The notes under the pieces: generated by a model
Told to the model about the DNA's origin: nothing
The model's database searches: none
The model's input: the letters and a program-made list of their open reading frames with translations, nothing else
In this document: one piece after another, positions 32,201 to 47,200 of the stretch
How positions within the stretch are numbered: the first letter of the stretch is position 1
Layout: each line of letters starts with the position of its first letter
Program-made: the position numbers and the translations under genes
From: Auanema rhodensis
Lineage: Eukaryota > Animalia > Nematoda
Direction of reading: 5' to 3'
NCBI GenBank assembly: GCA_964057225.1
Contig: OZ059895.1
Coordinates: 9,610,001 to 9,674,000 of the forward strand
Length of the DNA stretch: 64,000 nt

Positions 32201-35200
32201 CCTTCATCTTGAATTTACTGTTTCTATCTATTTCCTATCAAAACAAACATTGTTCAAACACTATGCAACTATGAAACCTTTTTTAATTTATTGTATTTGG
32301 AGCTCATAAAATTTGATATCATCGAGGGATCCAGATGGAACGTGGAAAATTATATAACTAAAATGAAATTGGAAAAAAAAATATAACAAGGATAAGTATG
32401 TTAACGATTGAATAACAGATATTTTCGCTTACGACCATACCACGTTGAAAGTACGCCATACAGCTGATTTTCAATTTTATCTTTTCCGTAACAAATGTTT
32501 TCAATTTTCAAGCACTTTTACTTAGATAGCTCAACCAAAGGAAAGCAAATTATCTTCAATTTTATTTCTATATTACAGTTATAAACCAGTAGGTAATGAA
32601 ACCTTCATCTTGAATTTACTGTTTCTATCTATTTCCTATCAAAACAAACATTGTTCAAACACTATGCAACTATGAAACCTTTTTTAATTTATTGTATTTG
32701 GAGCTCATAAAATTTGATATCATCGAGGGATCCAGATGGAACGTGGAAAATTACATAACTAAAATGAAATTGGAAAAAAAAGTATAACAAGGATAAGTAT
32801 GTTAACGATTGAATATCAGATTTTTTCGCTTACGACCATACCACGTTGAAAGTACGCCATACAGCTGATTTTCAATTTTATCTTTTCCGTAACAAATGGT
32901 TTCAATTTTCAAGCACTTTTACTTAGATAGCTCAACCAAAAGAAAGCAAATTATCTTCAATTTTATTTCTATATTACAGTTATAAACCAGTAGGTAATGA
33001 AACCTTCATATTGAATTTACTGTTTCTATCTATTTTCTATTAAAACAAACATTGTTCAAACACTATGCAACTATGAAACCTTTTTTAATTTATTGTATTT
33101 GGAGCTCATAAAATTTGATATCATCGAGGGATCCAGATGGAACGTGGAAAATTACATAACTAACATGAAATTGGAAAAAAAAGTATAACAAGGATAAGTA
33201 TGTTAACGATTGAATATCAGATATTTTCGCTTACGACCATACCACGTTGAAAATACGCCATACAGCTGATTTTCAATTTTATCTTTTCCGTAACAAATGT
33301 TTTCAATTTTCAAGCACTTTTACTTGGATAGCTCAACCAAAGGAAAGCAAATTATCTTCAATTTTATTTCTATATTACAGTTATAAACCAGTAGGTAATG
33401 AAACCTTCATCTTGAATTTACTGTTTCTATCTATTTCCTATCAAAACAAACATTGTTCAAACACTATGCAACTATGAAACCTTTTTTAATTTATTGTATT
33501 TGGAGCTCATAAAATTTGATATCATCGAGGGATCCAGATGGAACGTGGAAAATTACATAACTAAAATGAAATTGGAAAAAAAAGTATAACAAGGATAAGT
33601 ATGTTAACGATTGAATATCAGATTTTTTCGCTTACGACCATACCACGTTGAAAGTACGCCATACAGCTGATTTTCAATTTTATCTTTTCCGTAACAAATG
33701 GTTTCAATTTTCAAGCACTTTTACTTAGATAGCTCAACCAAAAGAAAGCAAATTATCTTCAATTTTATTTCTATATTACAGTTATAAACCAGTAGGTAAT
33801 GAAACCTTCATATTGAATTTACTGTTTCTATCTATTTTCTATTAAAACAAACATTGTTCAAACACTATGCAACTATGAAACCTTTTTTAATTTATTGTAT
33901 TTGGAGCTCATAAAATTTGATATCATCGAGGGATCCAGATGGAACGTGGAAAATTATATAACTAAAATGAAATTGGAAAAAAAAATATAACAAGGATAAG
34001 TATGTTAACGATTGAATAACAGATATTTTCGCTTACGACCATACCACGTTAAAAGTACGCCATACAGCTGATTTTCAATTTTATCTTTTCCGTAACAAAT
34101 GTTTTCAATTTTCAAGCACTTTTACTTAGATAGCTCAACCAAAGGAAAGCAAATTATCTTCAATTTTATTTCTATATTACAGTTATAAACCAGTAGGTAA
34201 TGAAACCTTCATCTTGAATTTACTGTTTCTATCTATTTCCTATCAAAACAAACATTGTTCAAACACTATGCAACTATGAAACCTTTTTTAATTTATTGTA
34301 TTTGGAGCTCATAAAATTTGATATCATCGAGGGATCCAGATGGAACGTGGAAAATTACATAACTAAAATGAAATTGGAAAAAAAAGTATAACAAGGATAA
34401 GTATGTTAACGATTGAATATCAGATTTTTTCGCTTACGACCATACCACGTTGAAAGTACGCCATACAGCTGATTTTCAATTTTATCTTTTCCGTAACAAA
34501 TGGTTTCAATTTTCAAGCACTTTTACTTAGATAGCTCAACCAAAAGAAAGCAAATTATCTTCAATTTTATTTCTATATTACAGTTATAAACCAGTAGGTA
34601 ATGAAACCTTCATATTGAATTTACTGTTTCTATCTATTTTCTATTAAAACAAACATTGTTCAAACACTATGCAACTATGAAACCTTTTTTAATTTATTGT
34701 ATTTGGAGCTCATAAAATTTGATATCATCGAGGGATCCAGATGGAACGTGGAAAATTATATAACTAAAATGAAATTGGAAAAAAAAATATAACAAGGATA
34801 AGTATGTTAACGATTGAATAACAGATATTTTCGCTTACGACCATACCACGTTAAAAGTACGCCATACAGCTGATTTTCAATTTTATCTTTTCCGTAACAA
34901 ATGTTTTCAATTTTCAAGCACTTTTACTTAGATAGCTCAACCAAAGGAAAGCAAATTATCTTCAATTTTATTTCTATACTACAGTTATAAACCAGTAGGT
35001 AATGAAACCTTCATCTTGAATTTACTGTTTCTATCTATTTCCTATCAAAACAAACATTGTTCAAACACTATGCAACTATGAAACCTTTTTTAATTTATTG
35101 TATTTGGAGCTCATAAAATTTGATATCATCGAGGGATCCAGATGGAACGTGGAAAATTACATAACTAAAATGAAATTGGAAAAAAAAGTATAACAAGGAT

Positions 35201-38200
35201 AAGTATGTTAACGATTGAATATTAGATTTTTTCGCTTACGACCATACCACGTTGAAAGTACGCCATACAGCTGATTTTCAATTTTATCTTTTCCGTAACA
35301 AATGGTTTCAATTTTCAAGCACTTTTACTTAGATAGCTCAACCAAAAGAAAGCAAATTATCTTCAATTTTATTTCTATATTACAGTTATAAACCAGTAGG
35401 TAATGAAACCTTCATATTGAATTTACTGTTTCTATCTATTTTCTATTAAAACAAACATTGTTCAAACACTATGCAACTATGAAACCTTTTTTAATTTATT
35501 GTATTTGGAGCTCATAAAATTTGATATCATCGAGGGATCCAGATGGAACGTGGAAAATTACATAACTAACATGAAATTGGAAAAAAAAGTATAACAAGGA
35601 TAAGTACGTTAACGATTGAATATCAGATATTTTCGCTTACGACCATACCACGTTGAAAATACGCCATACAGCTGATTTTCAATTTTATCTTTTCCGTAAC
35701 AAATGTTTTCAATTTTCAAGCACTTTTACTTGGATAGCTCAACCAAAGGAGAGCAAATTATCTTCAATTTTATTTCTATATTACAGTTATAAACCAGTAG
35801 GTAATGAAACCTTCATCTTGCATTTACTGTTTCTATCTATTTCCTATCAAAACAAACATTGTTCAAACACTATGCAACTATGAAACCTTTTTTAATTCAT
35901 TGTATTTGGAGCTCATAAAATTTGATATCATCGAGGGATCCAGATGGAACGTGGAAAATTACATAACTAAAATGAAATTGGAAAAAAAAGTATAACAAGG
36001 ATAAGTATGTTAACGATTGAATATCAGATATTTTCGCTTACGACCATACCACGTTGAAAGTACGCCATACAGCTGATTTTCAATTTTATCTTTTCCGTAA
36101 CAAATGTTTTCAATTTTCAAGCACTTTTACTTAGATAGCTCAACCAAAGAAAAGCAAATTATCTTCAATTTTATTTCTATATTACAGTTATAAACCAGTA
36201 GGTAATGAAACCTTCATCTTGAATTTACTGTTTCTATCTATTTCCTATCGAAACAAACATTGTTCAAACACTATGCAACTATGAAACCTTTTTTAATTTA
36301 TTGTATTTGGAGCTCATAAAATTTGATATCATCGAGGGATCCAGATGGAACGTGGAAAATTACATAACTAACATGAAATTGGAAAAAAAAGTATAACAAG
36401 GATAAGTACGTTAACGATTGAATATCAGATATTTTCGCTTACGACCATACCACGTTGAAAATACGCCATACAGCTGATTTTCAATTTTATCTTTTCCGTA
36501 ACAAATGTTTTCAATTTTCAAGCACTTTTACTTGGATAGCTCAACCAAAGGAAAGCAAATTATCTTCAATTTTATTTCTATATTACAGTTATAAACCAGT
36601 AGGTAATGAAACCTTCATCTTGCATTTACTGTTTCTATCTATTTCCTATCAAAACAAACATTGTTCAAACACTATGCAACTATGAAACCTTTTTTAATTC
36701 ATTGTATTTGGAGCTCATAAAATTTGATATCATCGAGGGATCCAGATGGAACGTGGAAAATTACATAACTAAAATGAAATTGGAAAAAAAAGTATAACAA
36801 GGATAAGTATGTTAACGATTGAATATCAGATATTTTCGCTTACGACCATACCACGTTGAAAGTACGCCATACAGCTGATTTTCAATTTTATCTTTTCCGT
36901 AACAAATGTTTTCAATTTTCAAGCACTTTTACTTAGATAGCTCAACCAAAGAAAAGCAAATTATCTTCAATTTTATTTCTATATTACAGTTATAAACCAG
37001 TAGGTAATGAAACCTTCATATTGAATTTACTGTTTCTATCTATTTTCTATTAAAACAAACATTGTTCAAACACTATGCAACTATGAAACCTTTTTTAATT
37101 TATTGTATTTGGAGCTCATAAAATTTGATATCATCGAGGGATCCAGATGGAACGTGGAAAATTATATAACTAAAATGAAATTGGAAAAAAAATATAACAA
37201 GGATAAGTATGTTAACGATTGAATAACAGATATTTTCGCTTACGACCATACCACGTTGAAAGTACGCCATACAGCTGATTTTCAATTTTATCTTTTCCGT
37301 AACAAATGTTTTCAATTTTCAAGCACTTTTACTTAGATAGCTCAACCAAAGGAAAGCAAATTATCTTCAATTTTATTTCTATATTACAGTTATAAACCAG
37401 TAGGTAATGAAACCTTCATCTTGAATTTACTGTTTCTATCTATTTCCTATCAAAACAAACATTGTTCAAACACTATGCAACTATGAAACCTTTTTTAATT
37501 TATTGTATTTGGAGCTCATAAAATTTGATATCATCGAGGGATCCAGATGGAACGTGGAAAATTACATAACTAAAATGAAATTGGAAAAAAAAGTATAACA
37601 AGGATAAGTATGTTAACGATTGAATATCAGATTTTTTCGCTTACGACCATACCACGTTGAAAGTACGCCATACAGCTGATTTTCAATTTTATCTTTTCCG
37701 TAACAAATGGTTTCAATTTTCAAGCACTTTTACTTAGATAGCTCAACCAAAAGAAAGCAAATTATCTTCAATTTTATTTCTATATTACAGTTATAAACCA
37801 GTAGGTAATGAAACCTTCATATTGAATTTACTGTTTCTATCTATTTTCTATTAAAACAAACATTGTTCAAACACTATGCAACTATGAAACCTTTTTTAAT
37901 TTATTGTATTTGGAGCTCATAAAATTTGATATCATCGAGGGATCCAGATGGAACGTGGAAAATTATATAACTAAAATGAAATTGGAAAAAAAAATATAAC
38001 AAGGATAAGTATGTTAACGATTGAATAACAGATATTTTCGCTTACGACCATACCACGTTAAAAGTACGCCATACAGCTGATTTTCAATTTTATCTTTTCC
38101 GTAACAAATGTTTTCAATTTTCAAGCACTTTTACTTAGATAGCTCAACCAAAGGAAAGCAAATTATCTTCAATTTTATTTCTATATTACAGTTATAAACC

Positions 38201-41200
38201 AGTAGGTAATGAAACCTTCATCTTGAATTTACTGTTTCTATCTATTTCCTATCAAAACAAACATTGTTCAAACACTATGCAACTATGAAACCTTTTTTAA
38301 TTTATTGTATTTGGAGCTCATAAAATTTGATATCATCGAGGGATCCAGATGGAACGTGGAAAATTACATAACTAAAATGAAATTGGAAAAAAAGTATAAC
38401 AAGGATAAGTATGTTAACGATTGAATATCAGATTTTTTCGCTTACGACCATACCACGTTGAAAGTACGCCATACAGCTGATTTTCAATTTTATCTTTTCC
38501 GTAACAAATGGTTTCAATTTTCAAGCACTTTTACTTAGATAGCTCAACCAAAAGAAAGCAAATTATCTTCAATTTTATTTCTATATTACAGTTATAAACC
38601 AGTAGGTAATGAAACCTTCATATTGAATTTACTGTTTCTATCTATTTTCTATTAAAACAAACATTGTTCAAACACTATGCAACTATGAAACCTTTTTTAA
38701 TTTATTGTATTTGGAGCTCATAAAATTTGATATCATCGAGGGATCCAGATGGAACGTGGAAAATTATATAACTAAAATGAAATTGGAAAGAAAAATATAA
38801 CAAGGATAAGTATGTTAACGATTGAATAACAGATATTTTCGCTTACGACCATACCACGTTAAAAGTACGCCATACAGCTGATTTTCAATTTTATCTTTTC
38901 CGTAACAAATGTTTTCAATTTTCAAGCACTTTTACTTAGATAGCTCAACCAAAGGAAAGCAAATTATCTTCAATTTTATTTCTATACTACAGTTATAAAC
39001 CAGTAGGTAATGAAACCTTCATCTTGAATTTACTGTTTCTATCTATTTCCTATCAAAACAAACATTGTTCAAACACTATGCAACTATGAAACCTTTTTTA
39101 ATTTATTGTATTTGGAGCTCATAAAATTTGATATCATCGAGGGATCCAGATGGAACGTGGAAAATTACATAACTAAAATGAAATTGGAAAAAAAAGTATA
39201 ACAAGGATAAGTATGTTAACGATTGAATATTAGATTTTTTCGCTTACGACCATACCACGTTGAAAGTACGCCATACAGCTGATTTTCAATTTTATCTTTT
39301 CCGTAACAAATGGTTTCAATTTTCAAGCACTTTTACTTAGATAGCTCAACCAAAAGAAAGCAAATTATCTTCAATTTTATTTCTATATTACAGTTATAAA
39401 CCAGTAGGTAATGAAACCTTCATATTGAATTTACTGTTTCTATCTATTTTCTATTAAAACAAACATTGTTCAAACACTATGCAACTATGAAACCTTTTTT
39501 AATTTATTGTATTTGGAGCTCATAAAATTTGATATCATCGAGGGATCCAGATGGAACGTGGAAAATTACATAACTAACATGAAATTGGAAAAAAAAGTAT
39601 AACAAGGATAAGTACGTTAACGATTGAATATCAGATATTTTCGCTTACGACCATACCACGTTGAAAATACGCCATACAGCTGATTTTCAATTTTATCTTT
39701 TCCGTAACAAATGTTTTCAATTTTCAAGCACTTTTACTTGGATAGCTCAACCAAAGGAGAGCAAATTATCTTCAATTTTATTTCTATATTACAGTTATAA
39801 ACCAGTAGGTAATGAAACCTTCATCTTGCATTTACTGTTTCTATCTATTTCCTATCAAAACAAACATTGTTCAAACACTATGCAACTATGAAACCTTTTT
39901 TAATTCATTGTATTTGGAGCTCATAAAATTTGATATCATCGAGGGATCCAGATGGAACGTGGAAAATTACATAACTAAAATGAAATTGGAAAAAAAAGTA
40001 TAACAAGGATAAGTATGTTAACGATTGAATATCAGATATTTTCGCTTACGACCATACCACGTTGAAAGTACGCCATACAGCTGATTTTCAATTTTATCTT
40101 TTCCGTAACAAATGTTTTCAATTTTCAAGCACTTTTACTTAGATAGCTCAACCAAAGAAAAGCAAATTATCTTCAATTTTATTTCTATATTACAGTTATA
40201 AACCAGTAGGTAATGAAACCTTCATCTTGAATTTACTGTTTCTATCTATTTCCTATCGAAACAAACATTGTTCAAACACTATGCAACTATGAAACCTTTT
40301 TTAATTTATTGTATTTGGAGCTCATAAAATTTGATATCATCGAGGGATCCAGATGGAACGTGGAAAATTACATAACTAACATGAAATTGGAAAAAAAAGT
40401 ATAACAAGGATAAGTACGTTAACGATTGAATATCAGATATTTTCGCTTACGACCATACCACGTTGAAAATACGCCATACAGCTGATTTTCAATTTTATCT
40501 TTTCCGTAACAAATGTTTTCAATTTTCAAGCACTTTTACTTGGATAGCTCAACCAAAGGAAAGCAAATTATCTTCAATTTTATTTCTATATTACAGTTAT
40601 AAACCAGTAGGTAATGAAACCTTCATCTTGCATTTACTGTTTCTATCTATTTCCTATCAAAACAAACATTGTTCAAACACTATGCAACTATGAAACCTTT
40701 TTTAATTCATTGTATTTGGAGCTCATAAAATTTGATATCATCGAGGGATCCAGATGGAACGTGGAAAATTACATAACTAAAATGAAATTGGAAAAAAAAG
40801 TATAACAAGGATAAGTATGTTAACGATTGAATATCAGATATTTTCGCTTACGACCATACCACGTTGAAAGTACGCCATACAGCTGATTTTCAATTTTATC
40901 TTTTCCGTAACAAATGTTTTCAATTTTCAAGCACTTTTACTTAGATAGCTCAACCAAAGAAAAGCAAATTATCTTCAATTTTATTTCTATATTACAGTTA
41001 TAAACCAGTAGGTAATGAAACCTTCATATTGAATTTACTGTTTCTATCTATTTTCTATTAAAACAAACATTGTTCAAACACTATGCAACTATGAAACCTT
41101 TTTTAATTCATTGTATTTGGAGCTCATAAAATTTGATATCATCGAGGGATCCAGATGGAACGTGGAAAATTACATAACTAAAATGAAATTGGAAAAAAAA

Positions 41201-44200
41201 GTATAACAAGGATAAGTATGTTAACGATTGAATATCAGATTTTTTCGCTTACGACCATACCACGTTGAAAGTACGCCATACAGCTGATTTTCAATTTTAT
41301 CTTTTCCGTAACAAATGGTTTCAATTTTCAAGCACTTTTACTTAGATAGCTCAACCAAAAGAAAGCAAATTATCTTCAATTTTATTTCTATATTACAGTT
41401 ATAAACCAGTAGGTAATGAAACCTTCATATTGAATTTACTGTTTCTATCTATTTTCTATTAAAACAAACATTGTTCAAACACTATGCAACTATGAAACCT
41501 TTTTTAATTTATTGTATTTGGAGCTCATAAAATTTGATATCATCGAGGGATCCAGATGGAACGTGGAAAATTACATAACTAACATGAAATTGGAAAAAAA
41601 AGTATAACAAGGATAAGTACGTTAACGATTGAATATCAGATATTTTCGCTTACGACCATACCACGTTGAAAATACGCCATACAGCTGATTTTCAATTTTA
41701 TCTTTTCCGTAACAAATGTTTTCAATTTTCAAGCACTTTTACTTGGATAGCTCAACCAAAGGAAAGCAAATTATCTTCAATTTTATTTCTATATTACAGT
41801 TATAAACCAGTAGGTAATGAAACCTTCATCTTGCATTTACTGTTTCTATCTATTTCCTATCAAAACAAACATTGTTCAAACACTATGCAACTATGAAACC
41901 TTTTTTAATTCATTGTATTTGGAGCTCATAAAATTTGATATCATCGAGGGATCCAGATGGAACGTGGAAAATTACATAACTAAAATGAAATTGGAAAAAA
42001 AAGTATAACAAGGATAAGTATGTTAACGATTGAATATCAGATATTTTCGCTTACGACCATACCACGTTGAAAGTACGCCATACAGCTGATTTTCAATTTT
42101 ATCTTTTCCGTAACAAATGTTTTCAATTTTCAAGCACTTTTACTTAGATAGCTCAACCAAAGAAAAGCAAATTATCTTCAATTTTATTTCTATATTACAG
42201 TTATAAACCAGTAGGTAATGAAACCTTCATCTTGAATTTACTGTTTCTATCTATTTCCTATCGAAACAAACATTGTTCAAACACTATGCAACTATGAAAC
42301 CTTTCTTAATTTATTGTATTTGGAGCTCATAAAATTTGATATCATCGAGGGATCCAGATGGAACGTGGAAAATTACATAACTAAAATGAAATTGGAAAAA
42401 AAAGTATAACAAGGATAAGTATGTTAACGATTGAATATCAGATTTTTTCGCTTACGACCATACCACGTTGAAAGTACGCCATACAGCTGATTTTCAATTT
42501 TATCTTTTCCGTAACAAATGGTTTCAATTTTCAAGCACTTTTACTTAGATAGCTCAACCAAAAGAAAGCAAATTATCTTCAATTTTATTTCTATATTACA
42601 GTTATAAACCAGTAGGTAATGAAACCTTCATATTGAATTTACTGTTTCTATCTATTTTCTATTAAAACAAACATTGTTCAAACACTATGCAACTATGAAA
42701 CCTTTTTTAATTTATTGTATTTGGAGCTCATAAAATTTGATATCATCGAGGGATCCAGATGGAACGTGGAAAATTATATAACTAAAATGAAATTGGAAAA
42801 AAAAATATAACAAGGATAAGTATGTTAACGATTGAATAACAGATATTTTCGCTTACGACCATACCACGTTAAAAGTACGCCATACAGCTGATTTTCAATT
42901 TTATCTTTTCCGTAACAAATGTTTTCAATTTTCAAGCACTTTTACTTAGATAGCTCAACCAAAGGAAAGCAAATTATCTTCAATTTTATTTCTATACTAC
43001 AGTTATAAACCAGTAGGTAATGAAACCTTCATCTTGAATTTACTGTTTCTATCTATTTCCTATCAAAACAAACATTGTTCAAACACTATGCAACTATGAA
43101 ACCTTTTTTAATTTATTGTATTTGGAGCTCATAAAATTTGATATCATCGAGGGATCCAGATGGAACGTGGAAAATTACATAACTAAAATGAAATTGGAAA
43201 AAAAAGTATAACAAGGATAAGTATGTTAACGATTGAATATTAGATTTTTTCGCTTACGACCATACCACGTTGAAAGTACGCCATACAGCTGATTTTCAAT
43301 TTTATCTTTTCCGTAACAAATGGTTTCAATTTTCAAGCACTTTTACTTAGATAGCTCAACCAAAAGAAAGCAAATTATCTTCAATTTTATTTCTATATTA
43401 CAGTTATAAACCAGTAGGTAATGAAACCTTCATATTGAATTTACTGTTTCTATCTATTTTCTATTAAAACAAACATTGTTCAAACACTATGCAACTATGA
43501 AACCTTTTTTAATTTATTGTATTTGGAGCTCATAAAATTTGATATCATCGAGGGATCCAGATGGAACGTGGAAAATTACATAACTAACATGAAATTGGAA
43601 AAAAAAGTATAACAAGGATAAGTACGTTAACGATTGAATATCAGATATTTTCGCTTACGACCATACCACGTTGAAAATACGCCATACAGCTGATTTTCAA
43701 TTTTATCTTTTCCGTAACAAATGTTTTCAATTTTCAAGCACTTTTACTTGGATAGCTCAACCAAAGGAGAGCAAATTATCTTCAATTTTATTTCTATATT
43801 ACAGTTATAAACCAGTAGGTAATGAAACCTTCATCTTGCATTTACTGTTTCTATCTATTTTCTATTAAAACAAACATTGTTCAAACACTATACAACTATG
43901 AAACCTTTTTTAATTTATTGTATTTGGAGCTCATAAAATTTGATATCATCGAGGGATCCAGATGGAACGTGGAAAATTACATTACTAACATGAAATTGGA
44001 AAAAAAAGTATAACAAGGATAAGTATGTTAACGATTGAATATCAGATATTTTCGCTTACGACCATACCACGTTGAAAGTACGCCATACAGCTGATTTTCA
44101 ATTTTATCTTTTCCGTAACAAATGTTTTCAATTTTCAAGCACTTTTACTTAGATAGCTCAACCAAAGGAAAGCAAATTATCTTCAATTTTATTTCTATAT

Positions 44201-47200
44201 TACAGTTATAAACCAGTAGGTAATGAAACCTTCATCTTGAATTTACTGTTTCTATCTATTTCCTATTAGAACAAACATTGTTCAAACACTATGCAACTAT
44301 GAAACCTTTTTTAATTTATTGTATTTGGAGCTCATAAAATTTGATATCATCGAGGGATCCAGATGGAACGTGGAAAATTATATAACTAAAATGAAATTGG
44401 AAAAAAAAATATAACAAGGATAAGTATGTTAACGATTGAATAACAGATATTTTCGCTTACGACCATACCACGTTGAAAGTACGCCATACAGCTGATTTTC
44501 AATTTTATCTTTTCCGTAACAAATGTTTTCAATTTTCAAGCACTTTTACTTAGAAAGCTCAACCAAAGGAAAGCAAATTATCTTCAATTTTATTTCTATA
44601 TTACAGTTATAAACCAGTAGGTAATGAAACCTTCATCTTGAATTTACTGTTTCTATCTATTTCCTATCAAAACAAACATTGTTCAAACACTATGCAACTA
44701 TGAAACCTTTTTTAATTTATTGTATTTGGAGCTCATAAAATTTGAAATCATCGAGGGATCCAGATGGAACGTGGAAAATTACATAACTAACATGAAATTG
44801 GAAAAAAAAGTATAACAAGGATAAGTATGTTAACGATTGAATATCAGATATTTTCGCTTACGACCATACCACGTTGAAAATACGCCATACAGCTGATATT
44901 CAATTTTATCTTTTCCGTAACAAATGTTTTCAATTTTCAAGCACTTTTACTTGGATAGCTCAACCAAAGGAAAGCAAATTATCTTCAATTTTATTTCTAT
45001 ATTACAGTTATAAACCAGTAGGTAATGAAACCTTCATCTTGAATTTACTGTTTCTATCTATTTCCTATTAAAACAAACATTGTTCAAACACTATGCAACT
45101 ATGAAACCTTTTTTAATTTATTGTATTTGGAGCTCATAAAATTTGATATCATCGAGGGATCCAGATGGAACGTGGAAAATTATATAACTAAAATGAAATT
45201 GGAAAAAAAATATAACAAGGATAAGTATGTTAACGATTGAATAACAGATATTTTCGCTTACGACCATACCACGTTGAAAGTACGCCATACAGCTGATTTT
45301 CAATTTTATCTTTTCCGTAACAAATGTTTTCAATTTTCAAGCACTTTTACTTAGATAGCTCAACCAAAGGAAAGCAAATTATCTTCAATTTTATTTCTAT
45401 ATTACAGTTATAAACCAGTAGGTAATGAAACCTTCATCTTGAATTTACTGTTTCTATCTATTTCCTATCAAAACAAACATTGTTCAAACACTATGCAACT
45501 ATGAAACCTTTTTTAATTTATTGTATTTGGAGCTCATAAAATTTGATATCATCGAGGGATCCAGATGGAACGTGGAAAATTACATAACTAAAATGAAATT
45601 GGAAAAAAAAGTATAACAAGGATGAGTATGTTAACGATTGAATATCAGATTTTTTCGCTTACGACCATACCACGTTGAAAGTACGCCATACAGCTGATTT
45701 TCAATTTTATCTTTTCCGTAACAAATGGTTTCAATTTTCAAGCACTTTTACTTAGATAGCTCAACCAAAAGAAAGCAAATTATCTTCAATTTTATTTCTA
45801 TATTACAGTTATAAACCAGTAGGTAATGAAACCTTCATATTGAATTTACTGTTTCTATCTATTTTCTATTAAAACAAACATTGTTCAAACACTATGCAAC
45901 TATGAAACCTTTTTTAATTTATTGTATTTGGAGCTCATAAAATTTGATATCATCGAGGGATCCAGATGGAACGTGGAAAATTACATAACTAAAATGAAAT
46001 TGGAAAAAAAAGTATAACAAGGATAAGTATGTTAACGATTGAATATCAGATATTTTCGCTTACGACCATACCACGTTGAAAATACGCCATACAGCTGATT
46101 TTCAATTTTATCTTTTCCGTAACAAATGTTTTCAATTTTCAAGCACTTTTACTTGGATAGCTCAACCAAAGGAAAGCAAATTATCTTCAATTTTATTTCT
46201 ATATTACAGTTATAAACCAGTAGGTAATGAAACCTTCATCTTGCATTTACTGTTTCTATCTATTTCCTATCAAAACAAACATTGTTCAAACACTATGCAA
46301 CTATGAAACCTTTTTTAATTCATTGTATTTGGAGCTCATAAAATTTGATATCATCGAGGGATCCAGATGGAACGTGGAAAATTACATAACTAAAATGAAA
46401 TTGGAAAAAAAAGTATAACAAGGATAAGTATGTTAACGATTGAATATCAGATATTTTCGCTTACGACCATACCACGTTGAAAGTACGCCATACAGCTTAT
46501 TTTCAATTTTATCTTTTCCGTAACAAATGTTTTCAATTTTCAAGCACTTTTACTTAGATAGCTCAACCAAAGGAAAGCAAATTATCTTCAATTTTATTTC
46601 TATATTACAGTTATAAACCAGTAGGTAATGAAACCTTCATCTTGAATTTACTGTTTCTATCTATTCCCTATCAAAACAAACATTGTTCAAACACTATGCA
46701 ACTATGAAACCTTTTTTAATTTATTGTATTTGAAGCTCATAAAATTTGATATCATCGAGGGATCCAGATGGAACGTGGAAAATTACATAACTAACATGAA
46801 ATTGGAAAAAAAAGTATAACAAGGATAAGTATGTTAACGATTGAATATCAGATATTTTGCTTACGACCATACCACGTTGAAAGTACGCCATACAGCTGAT
46901 TTTCAATTTTATCTTTTCCGTAACAAATGGTTTCAATTTTCAAGCACTTTTACTTAGATAGCTCAACCAAAAGAAAGCAAATTATCTTCAATTTTATTTC
47001 TATATTACAGTTATAAACCAGTAGGTAATGAAACCTTCATCTTGAATTTACTGTTTCTATCTATTCCCTATCAAAATAAACATTGTTCAAACACTATGCA
47101 ACTATGAAACCTTTTTTAATTTATTGTATTTGGAGCTCATAAAATTTGATATCATCGAGGGATCCAGATGGAACGTGGAAAATTACATAACTAAAATGAA